From contig OY829846.1 in the NCBI GenBank assembly GCA_963691875.1, positions 4,128,001-4,192,000 of the forward strand: 64,000 nt of DNA. Direction: 5' to 3'. Numbering within the stretch: position 1 is the stretch's first letter; every line of letters starts with the position of its first letter. This document shows, piece by piece, positions 10,008 through 20,041 of the stretch. The translations under genes were made by a program, and so were the position numbers. The DNA is from Aureliella sp. GTDB taxonomy: Bacteria > Planctomycetota > Planctomycetia > Pirellulales > Pirellulaceae. Below the pieces are notes generated by a model. The model was not told the origin of the DNA and did no database searches. It was given only the letters and a program-made list of their open reading frames with translations.

Positions 10008-11066
10008 ATGAGCAGTTTGACCACCAATGTGGTTGATGCAGAGATTCTCCAGGAAGTGTCTGCGCGGCATCTCGTGGATGCCCTCAAGCTGCGCTTGGCG
10101 GTGCAGGTAGCTCCAGTGAAGTGGCAAGCGCCGCTAAGCCAACTCGCGGATGCCATGGAGCAGGGCAAGGCTCTGGAAGAGGTCGTTCAGTCTGGTGCTA
10201 GTCGGATGCCGAAAGAGCTGAAGTGTTTGGTTCAAGAATCGATCAAGCTCCCTGAGCCAGGTCAATTCCTGGTGGAGTGCCTGAAGGCGAGGGACGAGAT
10301 CCGCTCGAGCTGGCGCGACTTGGCACGTTTGTGCATCTATCCGGTGTGTTTGCTCGTTTTTTCCTTGCTGGTGGGAGTTGGTTTCAGTTTCTGCATCAAC
10401 TACATGATCGACACAACTTGGATCGAAGACTTCGGCCTCGCAGGTGTTGAATCCACGGTGGAGGCTTTGCGAGATCAACACCATGCTATGATTTCGATGG
10501 CGTTGATTCTGGGATGGGTAGGCCTCCTATTGTTAACAATCTATTTCGTCGGTCCGCCGTGGGCATGGGTTGCTGTGATGGGAGGTGTGATGCTGGTTGG
10601 CAAACCGCTTCGTTGGCTACATATGCGCGAGATCCTGCATCGCTATTACTTGTTTATTTACCAAGGGCTTTCGCTACCAGAAGCATCGACAGCCGTTTCG
10701 CGAAGTTTCTCTGCTAGTAGTCAGGCCGTTGTGACTCGCAAGATCTCCGAGCGAATTGAGGCGGGGACCACTTTGGGGCACGCGCTGGCAAGTTCACTAT
10801 TGTCCGACGGTATCCTTCGCCCGATCCTGTTCATGATGGACCAAAGGCAAGATTTGACATCTGCCCTTCGGGAGAACGCTCAGTTGCTTGGCTGGCTCGT
10901 TGATCGACGATGTCGTGGGCTATCTGCAATGGTGCCGGTGTTCATGTTGTTGGGCGTTGGAGCTGTGGTCTGGAGTGCTCTGACGGTGTACTTCTTGGGG
11001 CTTTCTCCGTTGATCACGATGATTTCAATGTTGGCGACATGGGAGATGCAGTGGGTGATTTTTTAA
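10008..11066 (+). CDS. type II secretion system F-like membrane protein
   Basis: Two GspF-like helical repeats (L..AMEQGKALE and ISERIEAGTTLGHAL), IYP followed by a TM, and a C-terminal TM ending in PL. Confidence 0.7.
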   Translation: MSSLTTNVVDAEILQEVSARHLVDALKLRLAVQVAPVKWQAPLSQLADAMEQGKALEEVVQSGASRMPKELKCLVQESIKLPEPGQFLVECLKARDEIRSSWRDLARLCIYPVCLLVFSLLVGVGFSFCINYMIDTTWIEDFGLAGVESTVEALRDQHHAMISMALILGWVGLLLLTIYFVGPPWAWVAVMGGVMLVGKPLRWLHMREILHRYYLFIYQGLSLPEASTAVSRSFSASSQAVVTRKISERIEAGTTLGHALASSLLSDGILRPILFMMDQRQDLTSALRENAQLLGWLVDRRCRGLSAMVPVFMLLGVGAVVWSALTVYFLGLSPLITMISMLATWEMQWVIF

Positions 11067-11092
11067 TGATCTCTGGCTAATGATTTGTTGAT

Positions 11093-12364
11093 ATGTTTTT
11101 TCAGACTTCCAACTGCCTGATTTTGGTTCCAATCGCACTCAGCCTATTCGTGGCGGTGCGTTTGTCATTGGGCAGTATGGACAATGCAAAACGATCTTGG
11201 CTACTCAGTGCGGTGCAGGCAAGCATCGTTTTGATGCTGCTGTTTGGCATCTTTTCTCTCGGAGTTCGGGCTCATAGAACTGCCTTGGCGTGGCCGGTTT
11301 TGCTTGCCGCAGCTGGTTTTGTTGTGCTTTGGAAAAGGCGCGCGTTGGAACGTGATGCAATGTTGCAGATGGCTGTCCAGGTAGATGAACTCGAGCGGCA
11401 GCAAGCTTTGGCGACTTTCCTGGCCGAACACAATGTTGGCTGGCTGCGTCGTCGTGCGCGGGAGTTGCAAGAAGATCTAGCCGCAGGTATTCCTTGGTTC
11501 ATGGCATTAGAGATGCGAGGTGTGGCGCAAGGTGCCTATGAGAGGTTGGCGCTGCGAATGCAACATCTTTTCGGCAAGCAGAAAGAAGGGGAAGCCGCGC
11601 CTTCGCAGGTTATGTCACCGCTGAATGTGGAAATGGAGGCAGAGCGACTGTTCGGGCGAATGATGGTCTTGTTTTGGTTCGTCAAAGTCGGTCCCATTCT
11701 AGGGCTCATGGCCTGGCTCATCTTGCCCACGTTTGTCGATATGTTCGATGAGTTTGGCATCGAGATGACTGGATCGATGCAACTCCTAGTTTGGATGTCT
11801 GACATGTCGGTCAGCTACTTTGCCGTCCCGATCCTTGTTTTTGTTTGGTGGATCATGATGTTCTCAGGCATCGGTTTTGTGATTTGGCTTTTTCCAGCTG
11901 TATTGCAAATGCCGGTCTTTCGATGGCTGACGGGGCGTTATTACTACGGAGCAGGGTTTGTTGCCTTGTCGCGGGCATTGGAGGAAGAGAAGAATCTACC
12001 CGAAGCCTTCGACTGCAGTGGACGGCTGGTTCCGGTTGGTTTTGTTGCAGCTAATTTTCGGCAGATTGCGAAAAGGTTGCGTTCCGGAGAAGAACTGGCG
12101 GCCGCAATGCAGAGATCGGGTACGGTGGCGAAACGAGAGATGGAATTGTTCACTGAGGATGTAATTGGTGTTGACTGGGCCCGAGATCCGGTCTGGGGAC
12201 TGCGACAGCTTTCGGCATGGAAGGTCGAGCGGATGTTAGCGCGTTATTCACTTTTGGTGCAAGTGTGCGTGTTCTCGATGACGATCCTCACGGGATCGGT
12301 GATTGGTTTTTTCGGGTTGGCTGTCATCTCGAGTCTGGCACAGCTCATCCTCGCAATTGAGTAG
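11093..12364 (+). CDS. type II secretion system F-like membrane protein with extra N-terminal TMs
   Basis: L.EDLAAG.PW..AL, ILPTF.DMFDEFGIEM and RLRSGEELAAAM motifs. Confidence 0.72.
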   Translation: MFFQTSNCLILVPIALSLFVAVRLSLGSMDNAKRSWLLSAVQASIVLMLLFGIFSLGVRAHRTALAWPVLLAAAGFVVLWKRRALERDAMLQMAVQVDELERQQALATFLAEHNVGWLRRRARELQEDLAAGIPWFMALEMRGVAQGAYERLALRMQHLFGKQKEGEAAPSQVMSPLNVEMEAERLFGRMMVLFWFVKVGPILGLMAWLILPTFVDMFDEFGIEMTGSMQLLVWMSDMSVSYFAVPILVFVWWIMMFSGIGFVIWLFPAVLQMPVFRWLTGRYYYGAGFVALSRALEEEKNLPEAFDCSGRLVPVGFVAANFRQIAKRLRSGEELAAAMQRSGTVAKREMELFTEDVIGVDWARDPVWGLRQLSAWKVERMLARYSLLVQVCVFSMTILTGSVIGFFGLAVISSLAQLILAIE

Positions 12365-12411
12365 GTTTTCGCAATGTCAAGAAATTGGTTGGACTCGACT
12401 GTGAGTTTGCT

Positions 12412-12840
12412 ATGAATCGCAGAGCCATGAGTGTTACTGAAACCGTGGTTGCTGTTCTTGTGTTGGGAGTGGCATCTGGGTTGGTGCTGCGCTTTGCCGT
12501 GCAAATCAAAGGCGGTTTGCAGCAAAGGGAGCTAAGTTCACGGTTAACTTGGGAACTGCTGAATGCACGCGAACAAATTGGCTCGTGGTCTGTGAAAGAG
12601 GTGACTGAGTCCAGGATCGCTGAATTACCGATTTCTGACGGTTTATGGCAGCAGGTTTCTGATCTCCGCTGGGAAGCAGAGTTGAGGGAGATCGATTCGC
12701 CTGTCGATGCCAAGCAAGTCGGTCTGAGCTTGTGTTGCCGATACGGTGGTCAGGTAATCAAGCCCAGACAGCTGACTTTCTGGGTGCTGGAAAAGCGAGG
12801 GCAGTCTACTCCAACCTCTCAGGAGAAGTTGGATGAATAG
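12412..12840 (+). CDS. minor (pseudo)pilin-like protein
   Basis: Class III-like signal MNRRA|MSVTE with Glu+5, followed by a hydrophobic helix. Start at the ATG at 12412. Confidence 0.65.
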   Translation: MNRRAMSVTETVVAVLVLGVASGLVLRFAVQIKGGLQQRELSSRLTWELLNAREQIGSWSVKEVTESRIAELPISDGLWQQVSDLRWEAELREIDSPVDAKQVGLSLCCRYGGQVIKPRQLTFWVLEKRGQSTPTSQEKLDE

Positions 12841-13435
12841 AAGATGGCATAATCAAAGGCAGGCAGATACAAGGCGGGCTGGAGTTTCGCTGATTCACAC
12901 TTTAGTAATGATCGTTGTGGTCGGATCGTTGACTACGTTTTCTATGTCGGTTGTTTACCAGGCCTATGCTTCTCATCATCGTGCCGTCGAGCATGTTAAT
13001 AAATGGCAGCGTTTGAATTTATTGCGAGAGAGATTCTGCGAAGATGCCCATCGGAGTGCGTCCGCTGAGATTGATGAAATTCTGGTGCTCAGTGCTGGCA
13101 ACGAGGAATTTACCTATAAGCTTGAGGGTGACGAGGTGATCCGAACTCATTTGTCACAAGGAAATCAAGTAGCCAAGCAAAGCTGGGTGCTTCCTGGTCT
13201 CGTAGCAGGCAATTGGTGTATCGATGAATCGGGAGCACTGCCGTTGTTACGATGGGAGCTGAGTTGGCGGGAGGGCTACACTAAATCATGGCCTGATCAG
13301 GTTGGAGTAGCGAAATCAGAAGAAACAACATCCCCGCGACAGCTAACATGGTTGACGCGAATCCGAGTTTTCGAAGAGGAATTCGACCTTAAGGCCAATG
13401 GTTCGATGCAGGGAGGAAGCGATGTCTTGGAGTAG
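12833..13435 (+). CDS. minor (pseudo)pilin-like protein (GspJ/PilW-like)
   Basis: RRAG|VSLIHTLVMIVVVG prepilin-like N-terminus. Overlaps the upstream gene. Confidence 0.62.
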   Translation: MNRRWHNQRQADTRRAGVSLIHTLVMIVVVGSLTTFSMSVVYQAYASHHRAVEHVNKWQRLNLLRERFCEDAHRSASAEIDEILVLSAGNEEFTYKLEGDEVIRTHLSQGNQVAKQSWVLPGLVAGNWCIDESGALPLLRWELSWREGYTKSWPDQVGVAKSEETTSPRQLTWLTRIRVFEEEFDLKANGSMQGGSDVLE

Positions 13436-13901
13436 AAGCCGGCGTCAAGCTGCGATTCTGATGCTGGTCCTTGTTGTGCTTGCTGTGGCGGGGCTGTTAG
13501 GTTTGCAGGCAGTGCAATCGCTCGTGTTGATACGCTCAGCGGAATCGCAGCGACAGCAAATGATGCAATCCAAAGAAGTGCTTGAGTTTGCTCGTCAAGC
13601 AGCAGCGGTTGGCGGGCGATTTGAGACGACTGAAGTTGCAGTAGAGGAGCAAACAGCAGAGCTATCGGTTGACGGCGAGTCCGAAGAAGGCGCAGGACTC
13701 ATGCGTGTGGTGGTTCGCTATCCATTGGGTGAGCCGTCCGAATTGAAGACAAGCTGGCCGGTACAACTACGAAATAGAGGGTCGGAAGTCGAGCCTGCTT
13801 TGGAGTTGGATTCTGAGTCCAAAGCGGAATCGGAACCTGAAGCGAACAGGCGTTCTGAAGTGTCCAAGAACACTGATCAGGTCGATCAAGAAAAGAACTA
13901 G
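13422..13901 (+). CDS. GspK/PilX-like minor pilin
   Basis: GGAGG RBS at 13412 and the sequence SRRQA|AILMLVLVVLAV, lacking Glu+5 as GspK/PilX proteins do. Confidence 0.55.
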   Translation: MSWSRSRRQAAILMLVLVVLAVAGLLGLQAVQSLVLIRSAESQRQQMMQSKEVLEFARQAAAVGGRFETTEVAVEEQTAELSVDGESEEGAGLMRVVVRYPLGEPSELKTSWPVQLRNRGSEVEPALELDSESKAESEPEANRRSEVSKNTDQVDQEKN

Positions 13902-13927
13902 CTTATATCCAAGCATAGGGATAGATC

Positions 13928-15202
13928 ATGAAGCGAAGAATCAATCAAGTCGCTAGCCATCAGGACGCAGTATTTCGTTGCGGTTTTACGCTCGTCGAGT
14001 TACTGGTGGTGATCGCCATCATCGGGATCTTGGTGGGGCTGCTACTTCCTGCGGTCCAAGCGGCTCGAGAAGCAGCCCGCCGTATGCAGTGTTCGAACAA
14101 TCTGTCGCAGCTTGGGCTGGCGGTTCACAACTACGAGATGGCACATCGCCGTTTGCCCCCCGGTACGATCAACGGCAAGGGCCCAATCGTGCATTTGCCC
14201 GTTGGCTTCCATCACAGCTGGATCGTTCAGGTCTTACCCATGATGGGCGAACGCGCGGCTTGGGATCGTATCGATCACTCGCGGTCAGTGTATGCCAAAG
14301 CGAATTTTCCGGTTCGACGATATGAGATTGGTTTCCTCAATTGTCCTTCGTCTCTTGGAGGTGGTGTTTTCTCCGCCTACGCAGGCTTTCATGACAGTCG
14401 CGAAGTTCCAATCGATGAAGATAACAACGGCATGTTCGTACTCAATCGTTGCTTGAAGATCGATGATGTTTACGACGGTCTTGCAAACACTCTGATGCTG
14501 GGAGAAAAGGTTTCCGACTCAACGGATTTAGGCTGGATGAGTGGCACTCGGGCTACGCTTCGCAACGCAGGCACTTTGCCGAATTCGGGTCGTCCGGCAG
14601 CAGCTACTGGGATGCCACCAGGATTTGCCTCTTATGTTTCCGGCTATGGTGGAGGCGGCTACGGTGGGGCAGGTGCTGGTTATGGTGCTGGCAGCTATGG
14701 AGACGAGTCTGCAGATGCGGAAGCAAATGAGCCGGAGTCGGAGTCGACAGAAGATTCTGCTAGTGAGTCCGCTGTTAAGGAAAACGAAGCCGACGAAAAA
14801 AAGAACAAATCTGAAGCAGTTTCAGATGGCTCCGTCGACAAGATTGCTGAAGATTCCGGCTATGGTTCCGAGAGTTATGGAGGTGGAGGCTACGGTAGCG
14901 GTTTTAGTTTGGCAGCAAATCGAGGTGTCGTTCGAACGAAGGAAGCTCCCATTGCCGGTGGAGAAGCAATGGATCGAAGGCCTCCAGCAAAGTGGCTCGC
15001 CATCAAAGATCTACCGTCAATCATGACGGGGATGCCCAACACAGGAATGCAGGTTGGTGGGATTAGCAGCTATCACGTTGGTGGATGCAACGTCGTTGCG
15101 GGCGACGGCGCTTGCCACTTCCTCACTGATTCTATCGATCATGCGGTCTTCCAACGCTTGGTAAATCGGTCAGACAAGAGTTTGGTCGGTTATAGGTGGT
15201 AG
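13928..15202 (+). CDS. DUF1559 prepilin-type protein
   Basis: [49 protein letters not shown] and the C-terminal H-X9-DG motif ([12 protein letters not shown]). Confidence 0.95.
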   Translation: MKRRINQVASHQDAVFRCGFTLVELLVVIAIIGILVGLLLPAVQAAREAARRMQCSNNLSQLGLAVHNYEMAHRRLPPGTINGKGPIVHLPVGFHHSWIVQVLPMMGERAAWDRIDHSRSVYAKANFPVRRYEIGFLNCPSSLGGGVFSAYAGFHDSREVPIDEDNNGMFVLNRCLKIDDVYDGLANTLMLGEKVSDSTDLGWMSGTRATLRNAGTLPNSGRPAAATGMPPGFASYVSGYGGGGYGGAGAGYGAGSYGDESADAEANEPESESTEDSASESAVKENEADEKKNKSEAVSDGSVDKIAEDSGYGSESYGGGGYGSGFSLAANRGVVRTKEAPIAGGEAMDRRPPAKWLAIKDLPSIMTGMPNTGMQVGGISSYHVGGCNVVAGDGACHFLTDSIDHAVFQRLVNRSDKSLVGYRW

Positions 15203-15206
15203 CGAG

Positions 15207-15611
15207 ATGGTCAAAGCTGATCCATTCGAGTTTGAGAAGCGGAGTGAGCAGTCCGTGCAGAGCCCGCTGACGATCACTCTGTTGTTTTATATTGTCACGA
15301 TGGGCGGAATTGTTTCTGCCTGCCTGGCGACGTTGGGTGGCAACGAGAATGTGACAGTTCTTGCTGTAGCAGCCGCTTTAGGAGTCGGGGCGACGATCGG
15401 AATTAAGCTCGGAGTTTTCGTCGGGCTTTTCTACTTCCGGCGCTTGCGAGACTGCGGCGTCGGTGCCGTGGTAGGAGCGGGAGTTGGCCTAGTCGCTGGC
15501 GGACTGTCTCTCGTTTCCAGCGAGGACTACTGGACGGTCGCCTCGCTCAGTTTCGTTGGCTGCTGGTTACTTGTCGTGTTAATGCTTGCTTCGGCCAGGT
15601 TTCGAAAGTGA
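15207..15611 (+). CDS. hypothetical 4-TM membrane protein
   Basis: 134 aa with four hydrophobic segments, starting 4 bp after the DUF1559 gene. Confidence 0.7.
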   Translation: MVKADPFEFEKRSEQSVQSPLTITLLFYIVTMGGIVSACLATLGGNENVTVLAVAAALGVGATIGIKLGVFVGLFYFRRLRDCGVGAVVGAGVGLVAGGLSLVSSEDYWTVASLSFVGCWLLVVLMLASARFRK

Positions 15612-15617
15612 ACAAAA

Positions 15618-15682
15618 CGTAGTGGGATTCGCGAGAATTCCGGATGGACGGAGATGAGAGAATTCTGGCGAATCCCACTACG
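15618..15682. repeat. GTAG-type REP inverted doublet (family B)
   Basis: cgtagtgggattcgcgagaattc (15618-15640) pairs with gaattctggcgaatcccactacg (15660-15682) at 22/23 positions. Lies between convergent genes. Confidence 0.85.
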
Positions 15683-15703
15683 GGCAAGGTTTTAAGCTTA
15701 GCT

Positions 15704-16720
15704 TTATGCGTTGAGCTTGACTTTGGCGCTGTCGGCGATGTTGACCCAGACGTGGACGTGTGGGGCGCCGCGGAAGTGCCAAACAAACGAAGGACCCTCT
15801 AGCCGCCAGTTGTCCCAGACCTTGTCCTGTCCGATGTCCTTGTCTGTAAAGAAGGACAGGTAGCATGCGTCCAAACCGCCTTGGGTCTTCAAACACTGCA
15901 GGGCTTCCTCCTGATCCGACTTGCGAAAGGGCTCGACGAGCTTTGCAAGTACTTTTTGCATTTGCTCTTTCTGGTCGCCTGACATGTCGGTGATGGGGAT
16001 GCCGCCGAAACGACCGTCCGCTCCCTTGAAGGCGATGCGGCTTTCGCCTGGTGAGCGAGCGACTTCGGCCTGCTTGCGTTGCTTACCGCTGAGCATCTCG
16101 TAAACCTTGTTGGCTTCAACGGCTTGTTGCCAAAAAACATTGCCGCCATGATCGGCTTCTTCGTCACCACCAGTCGGGGCATGTCCGTAGAAGATGGGAC
16201 CACCAAATGCGACGTGGTCTTGCGAGTTGCCATCGCAGCGCAAGGTCATGTGACGACCGGTGAGCACGAACTCAAAGTCGCCTTGTCCGGGCTGGCCAAA
16301 GATTGCGATGCTTTGCTCTTCGCCAAAGCCACCGCAGTCGTCTTCGAGTTGCTTGTCGAAGTTGGCATGCCATTCGGGGGCCACCACGTGTTCGAAGACT
16401 TTGCGAATCAAGTCACGTTGTTCGTCGGAATAAAATTCGCCATTAACTTCCTTGTTGTTGATCATCCAATTTGCTGATACCCGGGAGCGGAGCAAGCCAC
16501 GTTTTTTGTCTACGTGATTCCAGTCGTAGCAGACCGCCTTCTTTTGTTCGGGTTTCAGCGATTCGTACAGGACTTTAACAAAGGACTCGGCATCCTTTTT
16601 TAAGCTAGTCTCGTTCGCGAGAGCCGGAGCAGCGATGCAACCTGCGGCCGCAACCCCAGCGGCGGACTGTTTTAGGAACTGTCGACGGTCGGAACTACTG
16701 TTATTTTCAGGCTGACTCAT
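15704..16720 (-). CDS. DUF3500 domain protein with Tat signal
   Basis: DRRQFLK Tat motif, and the motifs SIAIFGQPG, GRHMTLR, WRLEGPSFVWHF and PHVHVW. Confidence 0.85.
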   Translation of the reverse strand: MSQPENNSSSDRRQFLKQSAAGVAAAGCIAAPALANETSLKKDAESFVKVLYESLKPEQKKAVCYDWNHVDKKRGLLRSRVSANWMINNKEVNGEFYSDEQRDLIRKVFEHVVAPEWHANFDKQLEDDCGGFGEEQSIAIFGQPGQGDFEFVLTGRHMTLRCDGNSQDHVAFGGPIFYGHAPTGGDEEADHGGNVFWQQAVEANKVYEMLSGKQRKQAEVARSPGESRIAFKGADGRFGGIPITDMSGDQKEQMQKVLAKLVEPFRKSDQEEALQCLKTQGGLDACYLSFFTDKDIGQDKVWDNWRLEGPSFVWHFRGAPHVHVWVNIADSAKVKLNA

Positions 16721-16878
16721 TGCGGTCTCCAGATTTGGGCTAGGCAGGATTTAAAGTGGTGAGATAGTTAGCCTAACAGGTGCGACTTACCTAAGTCAAA
16801 ACTTGTTCGCGTCAGCAATGCCCCCTGACTGACCGACTAGTGCAACTTTAGCTCTGTCTGAGCTTACTCTTCAAGAAG

Positions 16879-18138
16879 TTGTTGATTGTGTCTGCTGGCA
16901 TTTTGGATGCAGTGCCGCTCTGGTTGGACGAGCAGCAAGACTGCATGAAGAGCGATTTGGTTGCATTGGCCAACCAGAATTCGGGTTCCGACAATCTGCC
17001 GGGACTCCTTTCCGTTGCGCAGTGGTTGGAAGACTGGTTCTGGCCCGATCCTGCGAATGTTAGTTTTCAGCGAGTTGCGATTCCGCCTCGAAAGTTGGTC
17101 AACGCCCGCGGCGTGGTCGAGCAATTGGAGGCTGGCCCCATTCTTCGCTGGGATTTCCAGCCGAAAGCCAAGCGCCGAGTGCTGCTGATGATCCATTACG
17201 ACACTGTTTTTGGTGTCGATCACGTGTTTCAAGCTTGCCGAGACATTGAAGAAGACAAATTAGGTGGTCCAGGAGTCGCTGACGCCAAGGGTGGCATTGT
17301 GGTGATTCGAAACGCCCTGCAAGCACTGCATCAAAACGGGTGGCAGCCAGATATTGGTTGGACTGTCATCCTCAATCCTGATGAAGAAGTCGGCTCCCTC
17401 AGCTCGACCGGCTACATGGCGCAGGTAGCAAACGCTTTCGATTTCGGCCTGCTGTTTGAGCCAAGTTTGCCAAGCGGCGAATTAGTCTCCAATCGAAAAG
17501 GCTCTGGCAACTTCGATTTCGTCGTCCGCGGTAGGGCGGCGCACGCCGGCAGGCACTTTGAAGATGGTCGAAACGCAGTCGCTTTGCTTTCGCGAGTCTT
17601 GGTACAGCTGGATGATCTGAACGGTCAGCGAAAAGGCACGACCATCAATGTCGGGGCAGTGCAGGGAGGTGGCCCAGTCAACATCGTACCTGATCTCGCC
17701 ATCGGAAGGTTTAACGCACGCGTGCTGGATCAAGAGAGTCAGTGGTGGTTTGAGGGGAAGTTAAAGCAAATCATCGAGGCCGCGAACCAGCAAGAGGGGC
17801 TTTCGGTCGAGCTTCATGGTGGTGTGACTTCACCTCCAAAGCAACTGACTCCAGAGATCGAGAGTTTGATGCGAGCGATCGAGACGGTTTACAGAGAGCA
17901 ACTCGGCAAGCCGCTAGCTTGGCGAGCCACCGGCGGTGTATGCGATGGCAACAAGCTCGCCGCAGCTGGCTTGCCAAACATCGATACATTAGGGCCGGTT
18001 GGCGACGGACTGCACAGTTCCAAAGAATGGGTGCAGCCGAGTTCGTTGGCAGAGAAAGCATATGTGATCGCTTCCATTTTGGAACGATACGATCGAGGCG
18101 AGTTTGAAGAGTTGGCTCGCGTTAGACAGAGAACCTGA
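16879..18138 (+). CDS. M20 family metallo-hydrolase (carboxypeptidase G2-like)
   Basis: HYDTVF, GPGVADAKGG, PDEEVGS, FEP, GRAAHAG, GGVCDGN and GDGLHS.KE motifs. Confidence 0.88.
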   Translation: MLIVSAGILDAVPLWLDEQQDCMKSDLVALANQNSGSDNLPGLLSVAQWLEDWFWPDPANVSFQRVAIPPRKLVNARGVVEQLEAGPILRWDFQPKAKRRVLLMIHYDTVFGVDHVFQACRDIEEDKLGGPGVADAKGGIVVIRNALQALHQNGWQPDIGWTVILNPDEEVGSLSSTGYMAQVANAFDFGLLFEPSLPSGELVSNRKGSGNFDFVVRGRAAHAGRHFEDGRNAVALLSRVLVQLDDLNGQRKGTTINVGAVQGGGPVNIVPDLAIGRFNARVLDQESQWWFEGKLKQIIEAANQQEGLSVELHGGVTSPPKQLTPEIESLMRAIETVYREQLGKPLAWRATGGVCDGNKLAAAGLPNIDTLGPVGDGLHSSKEWVQPSSLAEKAYVIASILERYDRGEFEELARVRQRT

Positions 18139-18203
18139 AGTGTCAGCGAGGAACGCTTACGAGCGAACAGATCTCGCATTGCGTTGTGAATGATAATTGG
18201 GCG

Positions 18204-18257
18204 GTAGTGTATTTCGCCAGGATTCCCCTTCGTAGGATTTCTAGCGAATCCCACTAT
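18204..18257. repeat. degenerate family B REP doublet
   Basis: gtagtgtatttcgccaggattcc ... ggatttctagcgaatcccactat, similar to the 15618-15682 element. Confidence 0.65.
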
Positions 18258-18288
18258 ATGGATGATTTGTTTCTATAAGGCAGATTTG

Positions 18289-19695
18289 ATGGTGGATAAT
18301 TCGAATTCCAGGCTACTGGGTGATCAACTGCGAAATGACCCTCGTGTGGCGCAGGCCGAGCAGCTTTTACTTGATGCATTGGCGGATGCTCAAGCTGAAC
18401 TTATTGGTCCCAAGCCTCCGCAGCCTGAACTGCAATCCGAATCGGAGAAGTTGCTGGAGCGGTTGGCTTCAGCTCGGGGTGGTGCGACCTACTTTCCGTA
18501 CCTTTCTAGCGGTCTCGGGTCGGGGCCGTGGGTCGAACTAATGGACGGCAGCGTCAAGCTGGATTTCATCACGGGCATTGGCGTGCACGGCATGGGCCAT
18601 AGTCATCCCGACTTGGTCAAAGCCGTGATGCAGTCGGCACTCGACGACACGGTCATGCAAGGCAATTTGCAGCACAATGTGCCTTCGCTAAAAATGTGCG
18701 AGAAGTTGGTCAGCTTGGCCAAGGCTCACGGCTCAACTCTCGCGCACTGCCTGCTGACGACCAGTGGTGCGATGGCGAACGAAAACGCACTCAAGATTGC
18801 TTTTCATAATCGCGCACCCGCAGATCGAGTCATCACGCTGGACAATTGCTTTGCCGGTCGAACCATCGCGATGGCTCAGTTGACCGATCGTCCGCTGTAT
18901 CGCATCGGTGTTCCAACTGCTTTGGCCGTGGATTATCTTCCACCTGCCGACCCGGAACTGTCTGATGCATCGCAAGAATGCTCTTTGGCGGCACTTGATA
19001 AGTTGCTGAAGCGACATCCCGGCAAGTATGCCGCGCTGTGGCTTGAATTGGTCGCAGGCGAGGGCGGTTACTACGCGGGTTCGAAGGAGTACTTTGAAAA
19101 GTTAATTGCTCGGGCCAAGGAAGACAACGTCCTGATCATCTTTGATGAAGTGCAAACATTTGGTCGTCTCAGTCGTCCTTTTGCCTTCCAGCATTTCGAG
19201 TTAGACGCACACGCGGATATCGTCACCGTCGGAAAAATTACGCAACTTTGTGCGACTCTCTATCGCGAAGAACTCAAGCCGAAGGGGGCGTTGCTAAGCC
19301 AGACGTTTACGGCCGCAAGCAGTTCTCTAGAAGCATCGCTTGCAGCTTTGGCTGCGATGGAGCAGGCGGGATGTTTTGGAGCGGACAGTAGCAACATGTC
19401 CTTGCATGATTACTTCGCAAGGAAGCTACAAGGATTGGCGGCCAAGCACCCTGGTAAGATTGCCGGACCTCACGGCTGCGGGATGATGATCGCCGTGACA
19501 CCAGGCGACGGAACGGCTCAAGCTGCAAGAGAGATGGTCCATGCCTTTTATGAGGCGGGCTTGATGAGTTTCGTTGCGGGCGGTAGTCCTGCTCGTGTTC
19601 GTTTCCTGCCACCACCAGCAGTGACGACTCAAGAGCATATTGATGTCGCGGTAGACATTATGGATGGTGCGTTGGCAGGTTTGTATGACGGGTAG
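18289..19695 (+). CDS. class III PLP-dependent aminotransferase
   Basis: DFITGIGVHGMGH, SGAMANENALK, F.GRT, ELVAGEGG, FDEVQT and TVGK motifs. Start at 18289 or 18262. Confidence 0.9.
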   Translation: MVDNSNSRLLGDQLRNDPRVAQAEQLLLDALADAQAELIGPKPPQPELQSESEKLLERLASARGGATYFPYLSSGLGSGPWVELMDGSVKLDFITGIGVHGMGHSHPDLVKAVMQSALDDTVMQGNLQHNVPSLKMCEKLVSLAKAHGSTLAHCLLTTSGAMANENALKIAFHNRAPADRVITLDNCFAGRTIAMAQLTDRPLYRIGVPTALAVDYLPPADPELSDASQECSLAALDKLLKRHPGKYAALWLELVAGEGGYYAGSKEYFEKLIARAKEDNVLIIFDEVQTFGRLSRPFAFQHFELDAHADIVTVGKITQLCATLYREELKPKGALLSQTFTAASSSLEASLAALAAMEQAGCFGADSSNMSLHDYFARKLQGLAAKHPGKIAGPHGCGMMIAVTPGDGTAQAAREMVHAFYEAGLMSFVAGGSPARVRFLPPPAVTTQEHIDVAVDIMDGALAGLYDG

Positions 19696-19930
19696 TGGGG
19701 AAGTCAGGTAAGTGGTGAGCGTTGGTAGCTACTCTCCTTCCTGCGTAGCAGCTTCCTGGCACTGCAGCTCGCTTCGTTCGCGAGAGTCGGGAACTCCCCG
19801 GGTCCGGAGAGGGTTCATCGCTCGCTAACGCCCAGCCGCAGGCGCCGACTTGCTCCAGCATACGGCTTGCCTTGCTTTGTAAGAGAGGATTTGGAGCTAT
19901 GTTCCAGGATTTGTGACCTCAGCCACTACC

Positions 19931-19957
19931 GCCGAAAGTCTTGACGAAATCCGTTAC
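19931..19957 (-). repeat. GTAG-type REP, family A single copy
   Basis: gccgaaagtcttgacgaaatccgttac resembles the arm at 23586-23612. Confidence 0.7.
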
Positions 19958-20041
19958 CGGAACAGTCGGGCCCGTTCGCTTGCACGTCGCGGCTCGCTGG
20001 TAAACCAAGAACGGCTTCTCGAACCGAATTGGAGTTGAATT

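Noticed and set aside
19696..20041. Possible riboswitch or ncRNA in the 346-bp gap before astA
   Set aside because: No recognisable riboswitch consensus. The structure is explained by eroded REP fragments, and an Rfam scan would be needed.
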